From an uncultured Chloroflexia bacterium (lineage in GTDB: Bacteria; Chloroflexota; Anaerolineae; CG2-30-64-16), in assembly GCA_963774265.1 (NCBI GenBank), contig CAVZDU010000002.1, positions 704,001-768,000 on the forward strand: DNA of 64,000 nt, in the 5' to 3' direction. Below are positions 1 to 9,772 of the stretch, in pieces (position 1 is the first letter of the stretch; each line of letters starts with the position of its first letter). A program made the translations under genes and the position numbers. The notes under the pieces are model-generated. The model searched no databases and was not told the origin of the DNA. It saw nothing but the letters and a program-made list of their open reading frames with translations.

Positions 1-1302
1 GATGGGCCACGGTCGAAGAGGCGGGGCACGTACAGCGTATCCCGCATGTGCCTGACCGACTCCGGTTCCGCCAGAAAACTGCCGCCAATTCCCACCCGTT
101 TGATCAAATCCATCTCGATATGATCGGGATTTACGACAAATCCACGTGCGAGCTGCTCCAGATTCTTACACAACTCATAGTCGATCACCATTTGGGCCAG
201 GCTTGCCACCCCGCTCACGGCCAGGCATCCTAGTCCCGCAGACAACAGACGGCTGCCCGCCAAGACCGCAGTCGTGGCCTTGAAGCTCTTGTCGATACCT
301 GCCTGGATGTCAGGCAACTTGGCGTCAGTGCCCAGGGCATAGGGAAACATAGGCTCAGGCGCGCCGTAGTAGCGCTGCAGTTCCATGCAGGCCAGAAACA
401 GCAGAACTGCCTCCGGGTTGCCCTGGCTGGCCGACAATTCCTGTACGTCCAAGAGGGCAGGTCCTCCGCCGTAGCCCGAGACCCGGCCCTGCAACGCCCA
501 GTTCATGACGTTGCACGCAAGTACTTCGGCTGTCTGCATGGCGAGGTAACCGGCCAGGGTAAACGGTGTCGATGCGCCCAGGATCGGCATCACACCGCCC
601 ACCCCGAATCCATATTCAAGGCCAAAGTCCTTCAATTGGAAGATAATCTCAAAGCCGTGTTGCCCATAGATCAACGGCGGAGTGGCGAAGGCCCAGGAGC
701 AGAAAGGCGGCGCTTTCTTGAGCGCATCCCGCGAGCCACAGATCACCTCACCTGCCTCCAGGAAATACGGCACCGTTTGAGGGCTGTAGATTTCTACGAA
801 ATCCGAGTAGGGGTGGTTTTCGGCCACGGTGATCATCGCATACAGGTCGCGCACCATCGCCGGGTGTTCCTGGGGCAAGAAGACCGGATGACCGGTCACG
901 ACACCGGGGAGGTTGTCCGCGAGGCGACAAGCTTGGGCAAGATCCGAGACGCGTCGCGGGACGAAGCGTGTCGGTGTCAAGGTCATGCGCCGTCGTGGCT
1001 TGGCCAGTCGCGACCGGCACAACCCGGGCGTCTTTTGGAATCCGGCTCAGATTGATAGGTAGGGTGCCGGTGTAGCCCTGAGTCTGGTAGGCCGGATCGC
1101 GCATCTTGTCGACAACAAACTCGACGAGCGCAGGCGGGAACTTGACTAGATGGCCATCCACCGAACATCCGAAGTCAGAGAGCAGGGCGCACATGCGAGG
1201 GTGATCGACACGTGTGCCGACGTCGCAGAGGATTTCGGTGGCCGAGCCGTGAATGCGATCGAGATCGTCCGGCTCTAAAACCTGAATAAATGATCTGAAC
1301 AC
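1..1302 (-). CDS. Trimethylamine methyltransferase (MttB) superfamily protein, non-pyrrolysine type; frameshift near 900-950; 3' end outside window
   Basis: N-terminus FRSFIQVLEPDDLDRIHGSATEIL..VKFPPALVE after a GGAGG RBS. Manual translation of 780->1 gives MPILGASTPFTLAGYL..ALGTDAKLPDIQAGIDK..AQMVIDYE..GIGGSFL, typical of MttB. No in-frame TAG before DAKLPD. Confidence 0.85.
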
Positions 1303-1400
1303 GGAACACACCCCTCCAAACCAGCCAATGCGTGCGACGAGCCGCGTTCAGCGACGAACCCCGGCGGCGTTCGCTGCGATTCCGTCAGGAGTTTCTATGG

Positions 1401-2285
1401 CTAACCTTTGAGTCCTGTCATCGTCATGCCCTCGATAATGAACTCCTGGAAGATCACGAAGATCACGATCATGGGAATGATGCTGAGAAAGGCAGCGGCG
1501 GTGACCAATGCGTACGAGGTCCACCACATTCCGGTGTAGTTGGCCAATCCGAGAATCACTGTCTTCATCTCATCGGCTCGAACGATGACCAAGGGCCACA
1601 GGAATTCATTCCATGTCCAGATGAATTTGACCGTGCCGAGCGTCGCCAGGCCGGGCACGGCAAGCGGCAACACGATCTTGGTGAAGATGCCCAACTCGGA
1701 GTGGCCGTCCACTCGGGCAGCATCGATGTAATCGTTCGGGATGGAATCGATGAACTGGCGCATGATAAAGACCCCGAAAGCACTGAGTAAGTCCGGTCCC
1801 GCCAGGCCAAGGTACGTGTCAGTGAGCCCGAATCGATTGAATATCAGATAGAGTGGAAGGACGACCACCTCGAAGGGCACCATTAGCACAGCCAGGACGA
1901 AGACGAAGAATAGCGCTTCCTTGCCTGGGAAGCTGAACTTAGAGAAGGCATATCCGGCAAGGGATGAGAAGAAGAGGCTGCTCACTGTGGCGGCTATGGT
2001 GACGATGAAGCTGTTGACAAAGAATCGCCCGAAGGCTTGCCGCGCGAAAACCTCCTGATAGTTTCCAAGGTACGGGAACTGATCGGGCAGCCAGGTGATT
2101 GGCAACCGGAGCACTTCGTAGTCGTGCTTCAGCGATGTCAGCACCATCCACACAAAGGGTAGCGCCATAATGGCAGACCCAAGCACGATAACTGCCCACG
2201 GCACGATCTTCGCGATGGTACTGCCGCGCCAAATAGGACGGCGCGCCGATTTGAAGGCGGATCGATTCCCAGTGTGCACAGCCAT
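1401..2285 (-). CDS. Carbohydrate ABC transporter permease (MalG-like)
   Basis: Multiple TM helices; EAA-loop variant IPNDYIDAARVDG; WNEFLWPL. Confidence 0.93.
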   Translation of the reverse strand: MAVHTGNRSAFKSARRPIWRGSTIAKIVPWAVIVLGSAIMALPFVWMVLTSLKHDYEVLRLPITWLPDQFPYLGNYQEVFARQAFGRFFVNSFIVTIAATVSSLFFSSLAGYAFSKFSFPGKEALFFVFVLAVLMVPFEVVVLPLYLIFNRFGLTDTYLGLAGPDLLSAFGVFIMRQFIDSIPNDYIDAARVDGHSELGIFTKIVLPLAVPGLATLGTVKFIWTWNEFLWPLVIVRADEMKTVILGLANYTGMWWTSYALVTAAAFLSIIPMIVIFVIFQEFIIEGMTMTGLKG

Positions 2286-2302
2286 GTTTCTATCTCCCAC
2301 CC

Positions 2303-3235
2303 TCAATATTCCACCGGGCGGCGCACTACTCGCCACTGCAGTACCGTAGAGCCCAAGATGAGGAAGAATAGGAACAGGGCCGCCACAACGGCCTGATCCA
2401 TCTTGTTCCAGGTAAAGGCGAGATCGTAAATGTGAAAGACAGCGACTCGGCTGGCATTAGCCGGCCCGCCTCCGGTCGCAACGTAGGGTAGATCGAAGAT
2501 CTTCAGACCATTGATGACCTCGAAGATTGCAACGAGGACGATTTGTGCGTTGAGCAGTGGCAGCGTGATATGTCGAAAACGGTCCCATGCGCCCGCGCCG
2601 TCAAGCTTGGCAGCTTCGTAGTATTGCTCGGGGATCGACTGAAGGCCCGCGACAAAGATGATCATGTCGAAACCAAGTCGTGACCAGACATTCATGACTG
2701 CCAAGCTGGGCAACACCAGCTTTGGGTCGGCCAACCAGTTCTGGGCGGGAACGCCAAACCAACCTATGAACTCGTTGATGAGGCCATTCTGCGGGTCGTA
2801 TAGCCACCGCCATACAAAGGCCACCGCAACCGCGGACGTGACCACCGGCAAGAAGTAGATGGCGCGAAAGAAGGAACGGACGCCACTGCGCACGCTGTTG
2901 GTGAACACCAGGGATATCACGAGCGACAGGATCATGGTTGCGGGCACGCTCAGCAGGAGGAGGTAGAGCGTTCGCCACATACTTGACCAGAAGAGCTGGT
3001 CTCGCAGCACCGCCTGATAGGCCCTGAGGCCCTCGAAGGTCGATGCCCCGGCAAACGAGAACTTGTGGACGGTCAGGTAAAGGCCGTACCCTGCCGGCCA
3101 GATGAAAGTGATCAGGGAGAAAAGGATGCAAGGCAAAGCAAACAGGTAGCCCGTTCGGACATGGCGGTCGCGAATGGTCTTGCCGCGCAAGATATTGAAA
3201 ACGGAAATCATCATCCTGGTCATTTGCAGCTCCAT
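2303..3235 (-). CDS. Carbohydrate ABC transporter permease (MalF/UgpA-like)
   Basis: GLQSIPEQYYEAAKLDGA EAA motif; FLPVVTSAVAVAFVWRWLY. Confidence 0.93.
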   Translation of the reverse strand: MELQMTRMMISVFNILRGKTIRDRHVRTGYLFALPCILFSLITFIWPAGYGLYLTVHKFSFAGASTFEGLRAYQAVLRDQLFWSSMWRTLYLLLLSVPATMILSLVISLVFTNSVRSGVRSFFRAIYFLPVVTSAVAVAFVWRWLYDPQNGLINEFIGWFGVPAQNWLADPKLVLPSLAVMNVWSRLGFDMIIFVAGLQSIPEQYYEAAKLDGAGAWDRFRHITLPLLNAQIVLVAIFEVINGLKIFDLPYVATGGGPANASRVAVFHIYDLAFTWNKMDQAVVAALFLFFLILGSTVLQWRVVRRPVEY

Positions 3236-3254
3236 GCCGTATGAACGGCGCTTT

Positions 3255-3297
3255 GCTCAGGCCCCTCTCTCACGAAGGGGCGAGAAGGGGCCTGAGT
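3255..3297. terminator. Intercistronic stem-loop downstream of the solute-binding protein gene
   Basis: CTCAGGCCCCT...AGGGGCCTGAG inverted repeat between the SBP and permease genes; no clear U-tract. Confidence 0.55.
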
Positions 3298-3334
3298 GCT
3301 GTGTCCTGACTCGTTCGCGCAGAGAGCGGAATCG

Positions 3335-4717
3335 CTAGGGCTGCTTGATCAGGATGTCGTTCGTGTCGGAGACCGCGTCATTTAATGCCTTGTCGGCGTC
3401 CTTGATGCCAAACAGCACCTCACTCACAGCCTGCCCGACACGGAAGGAGATTTCGTTGATGTAGGGATGGCCGTAGTAGGGCGCCGGCGGATTGCTCATG
3501 GTGGCCTTTTCGGCCTCAATGTCGGGGCGCTGGGTGAGATACGGATCCTTGTCGAACAGCGCCTTATGCGTGGGCAGCGTGCCGATCGCCTTTGCCAGTT
3601 CGAGCGAATACTGTTCGTTCGTGGTGACGAATTTCAGCCAATCCCAGGCCAGATCCTTGTTGGGGCTGAATTTGTAGACCATCAAGGAGTCCTGGAACAG
3701 GATGCTGTAACCGGCGCGCGCTTTTTGGCTGGGCAGCGAAGCCACGGCGTACTTCACGTCGGGGCAGTTGTCACGGATCAATCCGACCATGTAGGCCTCG
3801 CGGAAGATCATCGCGGCCTTCTTTTGGCAGAAGGCTTCCTCAGGCCGGCCGATCTTCAAGCTGGCGACCTTGTACTTGTTCACCAGGTCACCATAGAACT
3901 GCAGCGACGCGATGGACTCAGGGCTGTTGATGAAACCGTCCGCCGTAGATTCATCGGGGGCATAGAGCTGGCCGCCAAAGGCATGCAGGAATGGCAGCCA
4001 TTTGTCGGCGATGCCCTTGGCATTGCCGTGATACCGTACTGCGAAGCCAGCCACCGTGACCTCGCCGTTGGCATCCGTCTGGGTCAGTTTCTGAGCATAG
4101 GACAACAGATCGTCCATCGTCTTGGGCGGATTGTTGGGATCGAGACCCGCCGCCGTGAACATGTCCGTGTTGTAGTAGAGCATCATGCCCAGGTCGGTCT
4201 CGATGGGGAAGCCGTAGTATTCGCCCTTGTACTTGAGGTAATCCTTGATATTGTCGACGACCTCTTGATCCCAGAGTGCTGCCACATCTGCGGGTGCAGG
4301 GTCAGCCACCCCAAGACCTCCGGCAAAGTAAGGCACCTTCCCGGTCCAAATATCTGGGGCGTTTTTCCGACCGGCGAACGTGGAGACGTACTTCGCATCG
4401 CTGCCGTCGTATGGAATCGACACGAAGTCAATCGTCACGTTGGGATGGGTCTTCTGCCATTCTTTGGTCTTCTCCTCCCAGAACGGGATCAGTGCGGGGT
4501 ACTCGCCCGGCAGATGGGACCATACAGTTAGCTTAACCGCACCCCGGGGCTCAGGGGTGGCGGTGACCACCTTCTCCACCTCCACCTGCTTCTCTACGGC
4601 CTTTTCCACCACGACGGTTTCCTTGATCACCTGGGGGGCTGCTGGAGCGGCGCATCCGACGACGACGCTGCTGATCACCCCAATCACGATGACCAAAATG
4701 CACCAGTTGCGTTTCAT
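3335..4717 (-). CDS. Sugar ABC transporter substrate-binding lipoprotein
   Basis: Lipobox VVGC, linker KETVVVEK..VVTATP, YYNTDMFTAAGLDP motif of family 1 SBPs. Confidence 0.92.
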   Translation of the reverse strand: MKRNWCILVIVIGVISSVVVGCAAPAAPQVIKETVVVEKAVEKQVEVEKVVTATPEPRGAVKLTVWSHLPGEYPALIPFWEEKTKEWQKTHPNVTIDFVSIPYDGSDAKYVSTFAGRKNAPDIWTGKVPYFAGGLGVADPAPADVAALWDQEVVDNIKDYLKYKGEYYGFPIETDLGMMLYYNTDMFTAAGLDPNNPPKTMDDLLSYAQKLTQTDANGEVTVAGFAVRYHGNAKGIADKWLPFLHAFGGQLYAPDESTADGFINSPESIASLQFYGDLVNKYKVASLKIGRPEEAFCQKKAAMIFREAYMVGLIRDNCPDVKYAVASLPSQKARAGYSILFQDSLMVYKFSPNKDLAWDWLKFVTTNEQYSLELAKAIGTLPTHKALFDKDPYLTQRPDIEAEKATMSNPPAPYYGHPYINEISFRVGQAVSEVLFGIKDADKALNDAVSDTNDILIKQP

Positions 4718-4835
4718 AGTTTTCCTCCTTTGGGCCTTCAGTAGTGAGAGAGTTCGGCATCCGTCTGGATCGCTTGAAGGGCCGAAGCGGCCCGGCCCGG
4801 TTTCGCATTAGCCTTCTCCCATCATCACCTCCTTC

Positions 4836-5717
4836 TCATGTGGCTGACTCGTCGATCAGTCGCTCAAAGTAGTCCCGGGCTTTGCGTGCCTCGTCAACGA
4901 TGTTCGGGACGCCAGAGATATCAACGACAATAGTACCATCAAAGCCCGCAACTCTCAGGCTGCGCATCACTGCCCGGAAGTCAATGATGCCCTTGCCCGG
5001 CGCGTAGTGGTAGGCCATGGTGCCGTCGTTGTCCGAGAAATGAACCAGCTTGATCAGCCTACCCAGTTTCGGTATTACCAGGGCGAGGTACTCCTTGCCC
5101 GCATGCACGTGCGCGACATCCAGGATCACGCCCGAGTTCTTGGCCCCTGATTCCCTGATCAGGTTGATCAAGGCATCGGTAGAACTGAAGACGTCGTTGG
5201 CGCGCGTCTCGATGATCAGGTCCAACCCTTTGGCAGCAGCGATTTCGGCGCAGCGGCGAAAAACATCGACAGCGTTCTCCCAAAAGGCCGACCAGGAAAA
5301 GTCGTCGCTGACTGAAACCGCAGTGGGCGGGCCGCCCACGTACAGCTCGGTGCCCTGCGGCCGGATCTCGGGGGGCATGTAGCCGCAGATGGAAACGAGC
5401 GGCGAGCCCAAGGCTGCTATCAGGTCAGTCAGGCCATCAAAATCACCCAACGCTTGGGCCTTGATCAGCGGGTCCAGGCTGAATAGCTTCTCCTCCACAG
5501 CCATGACTGAAGGCACAGTCATGTCGTATTGTTGGAGAATGGCCCGCATCTCAGGGAGATCACGTCGGTGCGCGGGCAGGAGCTCGTCATAGAGTTCCAG
5601 CTCGATCGCCTTGAAGCCAGCCTGGCCGACCAACACCATGCCCTTCAGATGGTCGGGCGGCGAGGGTGGCAAGCCGAACAGGGTGATGGGAATCGTATAG
5701 CCGCAAGCAATCTGCAT
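4836..5717 (-). CDS. Sugar phosphate isomerase/epimerase (xylose isomerase-like TIM barrel)
   Basis: GFKAIEL, IIE, LDVAH, VHFSDNDG, PGKGIIDF metal-binding motifs. Confidence 0.88.
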   Translation of the reverse strand: MQIACGYTIPITLFGLPPSPPDHLKGMVLVGQAGFKAIELELYDELLPAHRRDLPEMRAILQQYDMTVPSVMAVEEKLFSLDPLIKAQALGDFDGLTDLIAALGSPLVSICGYMPPEIRPQGTELYVGGPPTAVSVSDDFSWSAFWENAVDVFRRCAEIAAAKGLDLIIETRANDVFSSTDALINLIRESGAKNSGVILDVAHVHAGKEYLALVIPKLGRLIKLVHFSDNDGTMAYHYAPGKGIIDFRAVMRSLRVAGFDGTIVVDISGVPNIVDEARKARDYFERLIDESAT

Positions 5718-5801
5718 GGTGCCGTCTCCATTTCGGGGATGTCTTCGTCGACACACGAAGTATTTAGCGCATGGGTCGATCTCCGCGACCAGATAGCCTT
5801 G

Positions 5802-7082
5802 TTATCCCATGGTATCGCCGGTGATGATCGGCAGCACCTCGGCACTTTGGCGCAAAATGCCGATCTTCAGTCCCGGATTCGTCGCCAGCCGGTTCGCCAA
5901 GGCGCTATTCAAATCGTCGGGCCAGACGTGACCAAAACCGAGGCTCGCGCACAGCTCCGGCGTTAGTCCCTCTGTGACAACCGTAATCCGCATCATCTCT
6001 TTGATATCGTTGATCATGATGGCTTCGGCGCCGGTCAAGGGATCCGGCATCTGGCCCGAGTGGAACAACTGCCATATTTCCGAGTTGGCCATCTTGCCGA
6101 CGTAGTTGGCCAGTTCCGGGTGCGTTGGTGCGATCCCCTCCAGGCAGCCAGAAACGAGGAGAATCTCTCCGCCTTCGCGTGTTGCCGGCTGAGCCGACGT
6201 GATACCCTTGTCACCCTGAAAGAAATCGAAATCCACAGGAGAAGTCGAACTGATAGTTACGTCAGCGCGCTCGGGTATGGGAAGGCCATAAACCCGCCTG
6301 GACTGCTCAATGGCGGCCCGATGGGCCGCGATGAAATGGCCGGAAACGGCATTCACCAGTTCACCATCACGATTCAGAATGACGTTAAGAATGAAGTCGA
6401 GGCCGATTCTTTCCGCGAAGTCCTCCATCTCTCGGCGCATCTCAGTGTCCACGGTGCCCAGCCCCGGGTCCTTAGACCCCAGGTAGTGCATCTGGGCCAC
6501 GGTCTCTTCGCCGGCGACACCAGGCAGCACGATTTTGGCGCCGGCGCTCCATCCGGTCGGGTGATGTGGGATCACGTTGCCGATAGCGATTCGAAAATCA
6601 GCTTCTACGACGTGACGATTCACAAGGATGCGCGTCCCGCGCCGAGTCACGCCGTACTCGCGCAAGCTCCCTGGGTCTTTGTAATGATGTTTGAGGATCC
6701 TGATCCGAGATATCACCTCCCTCCCGTACTTCTCCGCAATTTCGGCGTCGGTCATCAGGCGATGGGTGCCAGAAGCGATCAATACCTGGATATCTGTGTC
6801 GGGAATGCCAAGGTGGTTCAGGGAGTTTAGCAGGATCGGGATGATGCGGCTAACGGGTGTGATCCTGGTGTTGTCATCAGCGATGAGGATGACTTTCTGG
6901 CCCGGATGCACCATCTCCGCCAGGGGGGGTGTTCCGATGGGCGCCGCGAGGGCCGCATGGAGCGTCCCCTCGAAGTCCGGCGCCGGTGGTACCGCGAGCG
7001 GCGCCACGTCAAAGATCAAGTTCTTGTCCGGAATGGTGACGTCAAGCTGCCGGCGGACATAGGGGATTCTCAGGCTCGCCAT
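5802..7082 (-). CDS. Nickel-pincer-dependent lactate racemase family protein (LarA homologue)
   Basis: DDNTRITP, ASGTHR, VIPHHPTGWSAGAKIVLPG (conserved Lys), later His in AQMHY. Confidence 0.88.
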   Translation of the reverse strand: MASLRIPYVRRQLDVTIPDKNLIFDVAPLAVPPAPDFEGTLHAALAAPIGTPPLAEMVHPGQKVILIADDNTRITPVSRIIPILLNSLNHLGIPDTDIQVLIASGTHRLMTDAEIAEKYGREVISRIRILKHHYKDPGSLREYGVTRRGTRILVNRHVVEADFRIAIGNVIPHHPTGWSAGAKIVLPGVAGEETVAQMHYLGSKDPGLGTVDTEMRREMEDFAERIGLDFILNVILNRDGELVNAVSGHFIAAHRAAIEQSRRVYGLPIPERADVTISSTSPVDFDFFQGDKGITSAQPATREGGEILLVSGCLEGIAPTHPELANYVGKMANSEIWQLFHSGQMPDPLTGAEAIMINDIKEMMRITVVTEGLTPELCASLGFGHVWPDDLNSALANRLATNPGLKIGILRQSAEVLPIITGDTMG

Positions 7083-7220
7083 CTCACTGCCTCCGATGTG
7101 CATCTGACAAGTGCTGGACGGCCACCCAAATCGACCGGCCGAGACACGATCATGTGAATTCAACAGACATCAGTCTGGGTGCGGGCGGTAATACCAACAC
7201 TGGAAAAGGCAATCTGTCCG

Positions 7221-7249
7221 TTGACAGAAGAGCTTGAATCAGCTACAAT
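7221..7249 (+). promoter_or_regulatory. Sigma70-type promoter toward gntR
   Basis: TTGACA-17 nt-TACAAT. Confidence 0.75.
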
Positions 7250-7262
7250 GCGGTTGATAAAT

Positions 7263-7287
7263 TGTTAGATTGTCCAACAATCCAACA
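7263..7287. promoter_or_regulatory. Putative GntR/FadR operator palindrome
   Basis: TGTTAGATTGTCCAACAATCCAACA is a near-palindrome lying between two opposing promoters. Confidence 0.7.
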
Positions 7288-7292
7288 CCAAA

Positions 7293-7321
7293 ATGCTATC
7301 ACCATTGCGATCGTCTGTCAA
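7293..7321 (-). promoter_or_regulatory. Sigma70-type promoter for the larA-like/ABC/mttB operon
   Basis: Minus strand TTGACA-17 nt-TAGCAT. Confidence 0.7.
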
Positions 7322-7400
7322 GCGTCAGAACGCGATCGTGACTCGTGAGTGCAGGTAGGTGGCCCAAGCAGTTCGGCATCAAACACGACGCGGAGATGTC

Positions 7401-8138
7401 ATGTACCAACGTGATTTCCCACTAGCTTCGGATGAGGAGATGATAGATCTACTCGCCGCGCCAGTCGAATCCTTGTCGTTGGTGACCGAGATCGCTGAAC
7501 GCATCCGTCAGTCTGTCATCAACGGCACTCTGAAGCCCGGCGACGTGATCAACGAGTCCCAGTTGACGGAGCGCCTTGGTGTTGCCCGAGGTACGCTGCG
7601 TGAGGCGGTGCGGAGTCTCATTGGCGAAGGACTCCTGGAAAAGCTGCCGAATCGCGCTTCGCGAGTCCGCCGACTCACTGCCGACACGGCGTGGGAGATC
7701 ATCACGGCCCGGGCCCTAATTGAGGGGTTTGGCGCCAGAGTGTTGGCGGAACGGATCACGCCGGAAAAACTGCGGCGCTTGAATTGGGTCTGGGAGCAAA
7801 TGAACGATGCCGCGCGTATTCAGGATTATTCGAGGTTCGTGCATTGGGACTTCATGCTACACCGCACCATCATGGAATTGTCGGGGCACGGTGTGTTGTT
7901 TGAGAGTTGGATCAAAATGAGCGCCTGGATTCGTCTGATGTTCGCTCTGGAGCAGTACCTGCCTGAAGAGATGTTGGAAAATGCGCTGAACCACAGAGGA
8001 ATTGTCGATGCGATTGCCACCGGCGACCCCGATGACGCCGAAGCCAGGCTGAAGGCTGACCTGTTGAAGCAATCTGAACTTGAACGTCATGCTGGCTTCG
8101 CAGAGAACCTCACCACATCGCAGCGGAGATTCGCCTAG
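7401..8138 (+). CDS. GntR family (FadR/FCD) transcriptional regulator
   Basis: LKPGDVINESQLTERLGVARGTLREAVRSLIGEGLL wHTH; FCD domain with H residues. Start could be 7359, 7401 or 7440. Confidence 0.92.
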   Translation: MYQRDFPLASDEEMIDLLAAPVESLSLVTEIAERIRQSVINGTLKPGDVINESQLTERLGVARGTLREAVRSLIGEGLLEKLPNRASRVRRLTADTAWEIITARALIEGFGARVLAERITPEKLRRLNWVWEQMNDAARIQDYSRFVHWDFMLHRTIMELSGHGVLFESWIKMSAWIRLMFALEQYLPEEMLENALNHRGIVDAIATGDPDDAEARLKADLLKQSELERHAGFAENLTTSQRRFA

Positions 8139-8247
8139 CCGTTCGGAATCGCGGCCAGTGATGGTTACCTGGCGAGTCTCTTATCTCTGCAGCGGGTGAA
8201 GCTCAGATGCAATCCGGAGCGCTCCGACACGGTCGAGAGGTGGGGCA

Positions 8248-9420
8248 TTGAACGGGAGACAACGGATGCTCACCGCGCTGTCGCACCAGGAGGCTGATCG
8301 TGTGCCAGTGGGCGAGTTCGGTATCGATGGTTCGATTGTCGAGCAAGTGCTCGGTCATCCCACTTATTACCGAGCGAAGGCACGTGAACGTGCAGCCATT
8401 TGGTCTGGCCTGCGTGAGGAGGTGGTGCGCAGCCAACAAGAGGATCTTGTGGCTCTCATACGCGTGCTGGACTTGGACTTTGTCCCTGTCTTCCTCACCT
8501 ACAGCGCCGCGGCAGACTACCGCCCGCGTCGAAGACTTGACGCTGCCACTTGGGAAGATGACGAAGGAAATATCTGGAAAACGACCGAGGAGTCGGGTGA
8601 TGCCATCTGCGTGCAGCCGTCTCCGATCACAGATGAGAAGCTCGAGCGCATGATGAACGAGCCGCTGGAGATCGATGAATCGCAGCTCGATCTTGCGCGC
8701 CACGTGGTGCAAGAGCTAGGCGGCACCCATTTCATCGTCGGGCGCGGCTGGCATTCGCCGGCAAGTTCCACGGACGGATCGTTTCCCGAGCCCGGTGAAG
8801 GCCTTACGATCCGCATGGATGATTTCTCATACCTTTTGATTGACGATCCAGGGCGCGCTGACCTGCTGTTGCGCGCCTACACCAAGCGGGCCATCGAGTA
8901 TAGCCGCGTGCTAATCGCTGCCGGTGTAGATGCGATCCTAATCAACGCCGACTACTGTCACAACAGCGGCCCGTGGATCTCTCCAGGCATGTTTGAGCGC
9001 TTCGTCCTACCTCGACTGCAGGAACAGGTGGCGGCGTGCCACGCGATGGGGGTGTTCGCCATCAAACACACGGACGGTTTGACGTGGAAGCTGCTTGACA
9101 TGATGGTGGACGCCGGAGTGGACGCTCTGCATGGCATCCAGCCGAGTATCGGAATGGACATTCGCAGATTGAAGGAGCGCTACGGCAGACAGATCACCCT
9201 CTTTGGCGCGGTGGAATGTGACACCCTCGTTGCCGGAACGGTGCAGGATATCGAGCGTGAGGTCATGCATTGCTTGCGACATGGCGCACCAGGAGGCGGA
9301 TATGTTCTATCCTCCAGCAATTCGATCCAGGCCGGCAGCCGCTACGAGAACTACCTGGCCATGCTGCGCACCGGGCAGGCGCTGGGCCGCTATCCGCTCA
9401 GTTGGGTGAACGGTAGATAG
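8248..9420 (+). CDS. Uroporphyrinogen decarboxylase-like / MtaA-CmuA family protein
   Basis: RQRMLTALSHQEADRVP start, ISPGMFERFVLP, KHTDG, LKERYG, PGGGYVLSSSNSI. Confidence 0.85.
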   Translation: MNGRQRMLTALSHQEADRVPVGEFGIDGSIVEQVLGHPTYYRAKARERAAIWSGLREEVVRSQQEDLVALIRVLDLDFVPVFLTYSAAADYRPRRRLDAATWEDDEGNIWKTTEESGDAICVQPSPITDEKLERMMNEPLEIDESQLDLARHVVQELGGTHFIVGRGWHSPASSTDGSFPEPGEGLTIRMDDFSYLLIDDPGRADLLLRAYTKRAIEYSRVLIAAGVDAILINADYCHNSGPWISPGMFERFVLPRLQEQVAACHAMGVFAIKHTDGLTWKLLDMMVDAGVDALHGIQPSIGMDIRRLKERYGRQITLFGAVECDTLVAGTVQDIEREVMHCLRHGAPGGGYVLSSSNSIQAGSRYENYLAMLRTGQALGRYPLSWVNGR

Positions 9421-9587
9421 TTGATCCGCAGTGGCTCTCCGAGAAGCGCGAACCGGCTCAAGTGGCAGATCACCACCCTGCAGGTCAGCCATCCCGCGGG
9501 CCAGGAGCATGCAACTGATCTCGGGGAAGTTCGGAGCCAGCCTGGAGGAAGATTGGCGGCACATCAAGGCGCGCTGGCTGTAGGTAA

Positions 9588-9716
9588 CAAAAAACGGAAC
9601 CCCCAGGCGGGTGCGCTCCGCAAAAGCGGGGAGAGCAGATCAACTGCCTTCCTGCCGTGCCTGGACTTACGTTCCGTTTCCAATAGTGAGTATAGCACAA
9701 ACCCTCACTCTGTCAA
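9588..9716 (-). ncRNA. Putative ~95-nt structured small RNA with its own promoter and terminator
   Basis: Minus strand TTGACA-16 nt-(TGc)TATACT, then AACGGAAC..CCAGGC..inner hairpins..GCCTGG..GTTCCGTT plus a T-run; no convincing ORF. Confidence 0.5.
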
Positions 9717-9772
9717 GGATTTATCGAAAGCTAGAGGTACTGAAGCTGAACGGCTTGACCATTTCTGCTTTC

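Noticed and set aside
300-345. Pyrrolysine read-through in the MttB homologue
   Set aside because: Manual translation shows ALGTDAKLPD with no in-frame TAG; the ORF break upstream is a frameshift.
9421-9580. Possible gene remnant (QLISGKFGASLEEDWRHIKARWL*)
   Set aside because: Reads as protein-like but cannot be assigned to a family without a search.
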